Positions 27,607-32,175 of a stretch of 32,175 nucleotides of DNA are shown one piece after another. The stretch is from Chloroflexota bacterium (GTDB lineage Bacteria; Chloroflexota; Anaerolineae; JACRMK01). The notes below the pieces were generated by a model. That model saw only the letters and a list, made by a program, of their open reading frames with translations, was not told the DNA's origin and did no database searches. Each line of letters opens with the position of its first letter. Position 1 is the stretch's first letter. The position numbers and the translations under genes are program-made. The DNA is taken from contig JACQEC010000097.1 of assembly GCA_016200765.1 (NCBI GenBank), forward strand, positions 1 to 32,175, given 5' to 3'.

Positions 27607-27615
27607 AATGCACCC
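27594..27615 (-). repeat. IS right inverted repeat
   Basis: GCCCCCAATCTGAAATGCACCC, followed by the target duplication GTCAGCCC. Confidence 0.93.
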
Positions 27616-27648
27616 GTCAGCCCCAAGTCATCCGTAGGGCGCGGTAGC

Positions 27649-28569
27649 TCACTCGGCAGGTTGGCCGCGCACAGGGTGCAGCGCGTCTGCGCGCGCTGGC
27701 GCGACAAAGACGGATTGCCCATCCCAACCGGCGTCCGTCTCGGCGGGTTGCTCAACGCGACGGATGATGGACGCCGCGGTGCGGCGCACCGTCTCCAGTT
27801 CGGCCACCAACGCTTTGGGCGTCGTACCCCAGTGGTGTAGGTAGGCCGCACTGTAGGGGTTCGCGACCCCGAAGTGGTACGCCACCACGAAGGCCACCGC
27901 CTCGGCGTGACACTCGCGCACCGGATGGCTGATCTCATTCCGCGCAGCGCCCCAGTGCAGCAGCTCGTGGGTGTACTCGTGCAGCAGCGTCAAGAGCGCG
28001 TTGCGGCTGTCTAGGCCCTCGCGCAGCGCGATCCGCCCGCCCGCGCTGGTGCCCTGCGCCCGCGCCAGCCGCTCATCGCTGACCGTGATCCCCTCGGCGC
28101 GCACCACCGCCAGCAATCGCTGGTAGAGCGCGGGCTGGTCATCGGCCAGCGGCGTGAAGAAGCGCGGCAACGGTTTCTCGGCGAGGTTGGCGAGCTGTGA
28201 GGCATCGAAGACCGAGGCGAGCTTGAACGCGATCGCCTCCTCTTCTGCGCCCGTCTCTGCATTCGCGCGTTTGTACGGTTGCGGCGCGAGGATGCGGATA
28301 CCCTTCTCGCCCCGGCGCACCGGGTAGCCCAGCTTCTGCCAGGTGCGATAGCCCGCCACCTGCGTGGCCTCTGGGCACTGCTCGAGGATGAGCAGTTGGT
28401 TGTAGGCTGAATAGAGGTGGAAGCGTGAGACGAAGGTCAGATACTGCTCAAGCCGTTCAAACTGCCCGGCCTGCAGCTCGGTCAACAGTCGCGCGATGCC
28501 CTGGTCGAGCAGCCGGTGCGGGTCGAGCGGCTGAACATCGCTGGGTGTGGGTGCTTCGCGTTCCTGCAT
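27649..28569 (-). CDS. ArdC-like ssDNA-binding antirestriction protein with HExxH metallopeptidase-like domain
   Basis: RFHLYSAYNQLLI...ATQVAGYRTWQKLGYPVRRGEKGIRILAP...VFDASQ (ArdC N-terminal domain), followed by LLHEYTHELLH and ECHAEAVAF. Confidence 0.82.
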   Translation of the reverse strand: MQEREAPTPSDVQPLDPHRLLDQGIARLLTELQAGQFERLEQYLTFVSRFHLYSAYNQLLILEQCPEATQVAGYRTWQKLGYPVRRGEKGIRILAPQPYKRANAETGAEEEAIAFKLASVFDASQLANLAEKPLPRFFTPLADDQPALYQRLLAVVRAEGITVSDERLARAQGTSAGGRIALREGLDSRNALLTLLHEYTHELLHWGAARNEISHPVRECHAEAVAFVVAYHFGVANPYSAAYLHHWGTTPKALVAELETVRRTAASIIRRVEQPAETDAGWDGQSVFVAPARADALHPVRGQPAE

Positions 28570-28590
28570 ACGAGCAAGTGATCTGGTCGC

Positions 28591-28603
28591 AGTATAGCAG
28601 GCG
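28591..28603 (-). promoter_or_regulatory. Repeated extended -10 motif CGCCTGCTATACT (copy 3)
   Basis: 12/13 match to copies 1 and 2; ends 21 nt upstream of the ardC-like ATG. Confidence 0.5.
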
Positions 28604-28724
28604 CGTCTACCGCTTGGCTAGGGGGCAGGTTATGTGTGCTCCATGTGATCTCGATGCCCACTCTAACGGCGACCCGCCGTTTGATGCGTACTACACGGGC
28701 TCACAGAGGGATTCTGGCAAGCGG

Positions 28725-29684
28725 TTAGGAAATCAAAACATTCCGAGACCTGTCGGTCTCGGCGCTGGCTAAACGCCAAATCGGGGAAGAGAGAACGCTT
28801 TGAGCCGTGAGTTCCTCTTGGGTGGTGAACCAGAACAGGTCATCCCCTCCGGCTTTGCGGGTCGTCTCTTGCAGGTTCGCCAGTCGCTGAACCGTGGTCG
28901 TCACCGTCAGGATGCGCAGGCTGTGCGTCTGGTAGCGCGCCTGGTACTGGCCTGAGCGCACGTAGGCCAAATACGCCTGCACCCGCAACTTCCAACGCTT
29001 GTGGTTCATCGTCGCCCGGTCCAATTCCAAGAGAAAGTGCGCCCGCCGATCGCCGAGATGGAGCGCGAAATACGCGTCGGGTATGACGGGTACGCGGTGG
29101 CTGCGGCCCTGGCTGTTGGTGACCAGCACGCTGTCGCGCCTCTCTTGCCGCTTGAGGGTTGTGTCGTCCAGCCACGTCTCCAGCCGGTAGCCGTGGGCCA
29201 GCGCCGCTTCGGTGATCGCGATGCGCACGTCGTTGAGCGCCAGCACGTGCTGCAGAAACAACCAACTGACCGCGGAAGGCCGATGGTCGTGATCGTCCGT
29301 GCGGCCCCAGTACGCCAGGTGCCGGGGTGTCAGCCCCAATTCTGCCGCGACCAGCGCCGCGCCCTTCGCGCTCAGGCGATAGACTGGTCGCCAGGCCCAC
29401 GCCCCGCTGGCCACCGGCGTGGGGATGCGCTCAAGGTAGCCGTGTTGGTAGAGCAGCTTGAGCCGCAGGCTGGCCTTGCTGGTCTTGGTTGGGTGCGTCT
29501 GGCCGTGCGCGGGCGCGAACAACAGCCGCTCGATCTGCTCGCGCGTCAGCAGCCGGAAGCGGTGCACCTGCCGCACGATCTCCCGGTCGCGCTCGGTCAT
29601 GACCATTGGCGGTGGCTCGGCTACCCGCCGGTAGCGTGGCAGCCTAGGCTTTTTCGTAGTGGCGGGTGGCTTGGGGTTGATCAT
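28725..29684 (-). CDS. Replication-relaxation (Replic_Relax / MOBC-like) relaxase
   Basis: N-terminal wHTH MTERDREIV...FRLLTREQI...RLKLLYQHGYL, HVLALNDV, and a PD-(D/E)xK-like IPDAYF...FLLELDRAT...RVQAY. Overlaps the upstream coupling-protein gene. Confidence 0.85.
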   Translation of the reverse strand: MINPKPPATTKKPRLPRYRRVAEPPPMVMTERDREIVRQVHRFRLLTREQIERLLFAPAHGQTHPTKTSKASLRLKLLYQHGYLERIPTPVASGAWAWRPVYRLSAKGAALVAAELGLTPRHLAYWGRTDDHDHRPSAVSWLFLQHVLALNDVRIAITEAALAHGYRLETWLDDTTLKRQERRDSVLVTNSQGRSHRVPVIPDAYFALHLGDRRAHFLLELDRATMNHKRWKLRVQAYLAYVRSGQYQARYQTHSLRILTVTTTVQRLANLQETTRKAGGDDLFWFTTQEELTAQSVLSSPIWRLASAETDRSRNVLIS

Positions 29685-31044
29685 GGATTCGCTGCTTCGC
29701 CTGTTTACGGGCCTCTGTTTTCAGCATACCATAGCGCGTCCCCGCCGTCGCCCGCAGTTGTTGGCGCGCTTGCGCGAGGACGTGGCTGGGCGACGGCACG
29801 GGCATTTCGAGCGTGCGTTGCTTGACGGGCCGGTGCGGGCCGCGCCGCTTAGCCCAGAACTGGCGCTCCTTCAAATTCGTGAGCAACGCGGCCAACGCCT
29901 CGGCGGTGCCGGAGCGCCCGTCCTCCCCGATCAATGGCGACAGGAAGCGTCCCCAGCCGCGCAGGCGCGGGTCGGCGCGCGCGTTTGACAAGAAATCTAG
30001 TGGAAAGATCTCCTTGGCGAGCACGCTGGCATCGGCATGTCCGACTCGAAAACAGGCCAGTGTGCCGGTGGTGTTGAGCACCGCGCCGCGCAGGTCGTCT
30101 GGCAACTGGTCGAGATACTGGTGGGCCAGCACGAGCGAGAGGCTGTACTTGCGCGACTCCGAGAGCACATCTTTGATATGGTCGGTTGTGTAGTTCTGGA
30201 ACTCGTCGAGGTAGAGATAGAAGGGGCGGCGTAGTCCGCTATCGGCCCGCGACAGCGCCGCCTGTTGCAACTGCGCCATCAGAAACGCGCCTAACAACGC
30301 GCTGTTGCCCTCGGATAACAGGCCCTTGGACAGGTTGACCAACAAGATGCGCTCGTGGTCTAGAATTTGCCGGAAGTGGATGGTCGAGCGCGCCCCCAGC
30401 ATCAGCCGCACGTCGGGGTCGAAGATCAGCGGCCCGACCTTGTTGAGCACCGGCGTCGTCCACTGCTGGATGGCGCTCTCGCTGCGCGGGAACTCGTGCT
30501 GGAAGTAGCTGGCGAGCGCGGGGTCGCGCGTGCGTTGCAGTAGCTGCCCGCGCCAGACGCTGTCGCAGAGGAAGGGCGGCAGGTCTACCAGGCTCAAGTG
30601 GTGCTCCGACAGCGCCAGAAACGTGTGGCTCAAGAGCCGCAGCATGCGCGGCGATTCGCTCGGATCAATCTGCCAGATCTTGACGATCGCGTCCGTCAGA
30701 AACCACGCCTGCCGCGCGCGCGAGACGCCGGGGATCGGTTCGAGCGGATTGAAGCCCACCGTCCAGGTCGGGTCGCTGGGATCGATGATGACCACCCGCT
30801 CGGCCAATGAGGGGTCGGTCTGCGCCAAGAGCGCCAGGCGACTGACCAGGTTGCGAAACAGGTCACCGTGCACGTCGATCACGCCGACACCTCGCCCCGC
30901 GCGGATGTCCTGCATCGCCCACGACTCCAAGGCAAACGACTTGCCCATCCCCGGCTGGCCGATGACGTACGTGTGGCTGACGCGCTGCGCGGGCGCGAGT
31001 GTGAGACCGTCGCCGCGCAGCCAGCGTTGAATCGGTTCGTTCAT
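29644..31044 (-). CDS. VirD4/TraD/TrwB-like coupling-protein ATPase (no TM segment), copy B
   Basis: HTYVIGQPGMGKS, VIDVHGD, GFNPL, YLYLDEFQNY and SESRKYSLSLVLAHQYLDQL. ATGA overlap with the upstream membrane gene. Confidence 0.85.
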   Translation of the reverse strand: MNEPIQRWLRGDGLTLAPAQRVSHTYVIGQPGMGKSFALESWAMQDIRAGRGVGVIDVHGDLFRNLVSRLALLAQTDPSLAERVVIIDPSDPTWTVGFNPLEPIPGVSRARQAWFLTDAIVKIWQIDPSESPRMLRLLSHTFLALSEHHLSLVDLPPFLCDSVWRGQLLQRTRDPALASYFQHEFPRSESAIQQWTTPVLNKVGPLIFDPDVRLMLGARSTIHFRQILDHERILLVNLSKGLLSEGNSALLGAFLMAQLQQAALSRADSGLRRPFYLYLDEFQNYTTDHIKDVLSESRKYSLSLVLAHQYLDQLPDDLRGAVLNTTGTLACFRVGHADASVLAKEIFPLDFLSNARADPRLRGWGRFLSPLIGEDGRSGTAEALAALLTNLKERQFWAKRRGPHRPVKQRTLEMPVPSPSHVLAQARQQLRATAGTRYGMLKTEARKQAKQRIHDQPQATRHYEKA

Positions 31045-31433
31045 AGATGCAGCCCCAGTTGCAACCCGTCTCTGCTGACGACCTCATCCCAGACCAGCCC
31101 GACGATCATGCCGTGCAGCGTGAACAACACCACTGTCCAGCCGCTCACCTCCCAGCCGGCCAACAGCAAGAGCAGGCTGCCCAGCAGTTGTGAGACGAGG
31201 ATGCAGGCCGCCAACCGCCACAGGCCCTCGACGATGTTCACGCGGAAGCGTTGCGCGATAACGGGCGCGAGGTGGCCGAGGATCAGGTAATAGAAGCGCA
31301 CCGAGAGGACCAGCACCCCACGCAATAGTCCGTTGAGCGAGGTGGCGGTCGTCGGCAGCAGGCGCAGTGCGATGGTCAAGACCACGAACAGCATAGTCGC
31401 GGCCAGCAGGCAACTGACGAGAATCATTTGCAT
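31041..31433 (-). CDS. Hypothetical integral membrane protein (about 4 TM helices)
   Basis: Several long hydrophobic stretches. SD AAAGGAG 8 nt upstream of ATG 31433 (alternative starts 31439 or 31442). Stop overlaps the ATPase start. Confidence 0.7.
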   Translation of the reverse strand: MQMILVSCLLAATMLFVVLTIALRLLPTTATSLNGLLRGVLVLSVRFYYLILGHLAPVIAQRFRVNIVEGLWRLAACILVSQLLGSLLLLLAGWEVSGWTVVLFTLHGMIVGLVWDEVVSRDGLQLGLHL

Positions 31434-31568
31434 GGTCATCACTCCTTTGTTTCAGGTTGACACTGTATGGACGGGTGGGTGAAGTACACCCCCTTGCGCA
31501 TCTGGCGCGTGGGCTTCACTCATCATCGACGAGCCGTGAAGTTCAGTTGGTCTGCACCCCACCGCACG

Positions 31569-32051
31569 CTAGGCCATCCACGCATCAATCACAATCCAAA
31601 CATCATCCTCGGTGACGACGATCAGGCACGGGTCCACCAACGCTGCCGCGCCCGCCAGCCCCAACAAGACCAGCAGGCCCAGGCCCGCCCCAGCCGCCAC
31701 CAGCACGGCGCTCAGCGTGGTCACCACCACGCCCGCCACCTGCAGCAGGGTCTCCGAGTGCCCGGCCAGCTGGCTGGCCCAGAACTCCAGCTTGGCCTGG
31801 CGCGGGGTTCCGGCCGGTGCGGGCAATTGCGGCGTCGCCTCGTGCGCCACCAGAAACGCTTTCGGGCGGATGCCGGCTTGATAGATCGCTTGCACCCGTT
31901 CTAGCGCCCGGGCCGGCAGTGGGCTGCGGTCATCGGCCAACGGCACCAACCACCAGCCGTTGTGAAACAGCGGTCGATCTGGCACCGCCGCCACACCCAA
32001 CACCTGAAAGGGCCAGCGGTGGCGAGCCGCGACGGTTAACCGTACTGTCAC
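31569..32051 (-). CDS. Hypothetical membrane-anchored protein
   Basis: 160-aa ORF with a soluble N-terminal part, a long hydrophobic hairpin and C-terminal DPCLIVVTEDDVWIVIDAW. Start uncertain. Confidence 0.6.
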   Translation of the reverse strand: MTVRLTVAARHRWPFQVLGVAAVPDRPLFHNGWWLVPLADDRSPLPARALERVQAIYQAGIRPKAFLVAHEATPQLPAPAGTPRQAKLEFWASQLAGHSETLLQVAGVVVTTLSAVLVAAGAGLGLLVLLGLAGAAALVDPCLIVVTEDDVWIVIDAWMA

Positions 32052-32088
32052 CTAAAGATTGTGAATATTTGTCACACAAAGATTGTGA
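32046..32088. repeat. Tandem 19-bp imperfect direct repeat, each unit a TCAC-N9-GTGA palindrome (operator-like)
   Basis: TGTCACCTAAAGATTGTGA (32046-32064) and TGTCACACAAAGATTGTGA (32070-32088); 17/19 identical, 24-bp period. Confidence 0.7.
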
Positions 32089-32175
32089 GAATCACCAGAG
32101 ATAAGGGATGCGCACGGATCGGTCGCAGCGACGATTGCGGTTGCGCCAATGGTGACTGATCCGCCGTTGGGTGGC

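Larger units (their letters stand above)
26177..27615 (+). mobile_element. Complete ISKra4-like insertion sequence (1439 bp)
   Basis: Perfect 22-bp terminal IRs GGGTGCATTTCAGATTGGGGGC (26177-26198 and 27594-27615), 8-bp target duplication GTCAGCCC (26169-26176 and 27616-27623), and a DDE transposase inside. Confidence 0.93.

Noticed and set aside
32046-32088. Possible CRISPR or iteron array
   Set aside because: Only two 19-bp units with a 5-bp spacer, and no cas genes in the window.
1-32175. tRNA, rRNA or known ncRNA genes
   Set aside because: None recognisable by eye. Intergenic space is small, and a tRNAscan/Rfam search was not possible.

Overview
GC-rich bacterial window with nearly all genes on the minus strand. 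The left ~22.6 kb is an anti-phage defence island transcribed leftwards from a near-consensus sigma70 promoter. It is a non-canonical BREX operon: brxE-brxA-brxB-pglX(1)-brxC-HEPN-pglX(2) N-half-pglX(2) C-half-pglZ-brxL. It is followed by a uracil-DNA-glycosylase-superfamily gene and an McrB-like GTPase whose 3' end is cut by an IS1-family element at the window edge. Unusual points: two paralogous PglX-like methyltransferases with different low-GC target-recognition domains, the second split into separate catalytic and TRD ORFs; BrxE together with BrxL; and an RxxxxH HEPN gene embedded in the core. The right ~9.5 kb resembles a mobilisable/integrative element backbone: two soluble VirD4/TraD-like ATPases, a Replic_Relax (MOBC-like) relaxase, ArdC-like and RadC/JAB genes, and hypothetical and membrane proteins, several behind a repeated leaderless-type promoter motif. 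It is interrupted by a complete ISKra4-like IS (22-bp IRs, 8-bp target duplication). All calls come from motif recognition by eye; no database searches were run.
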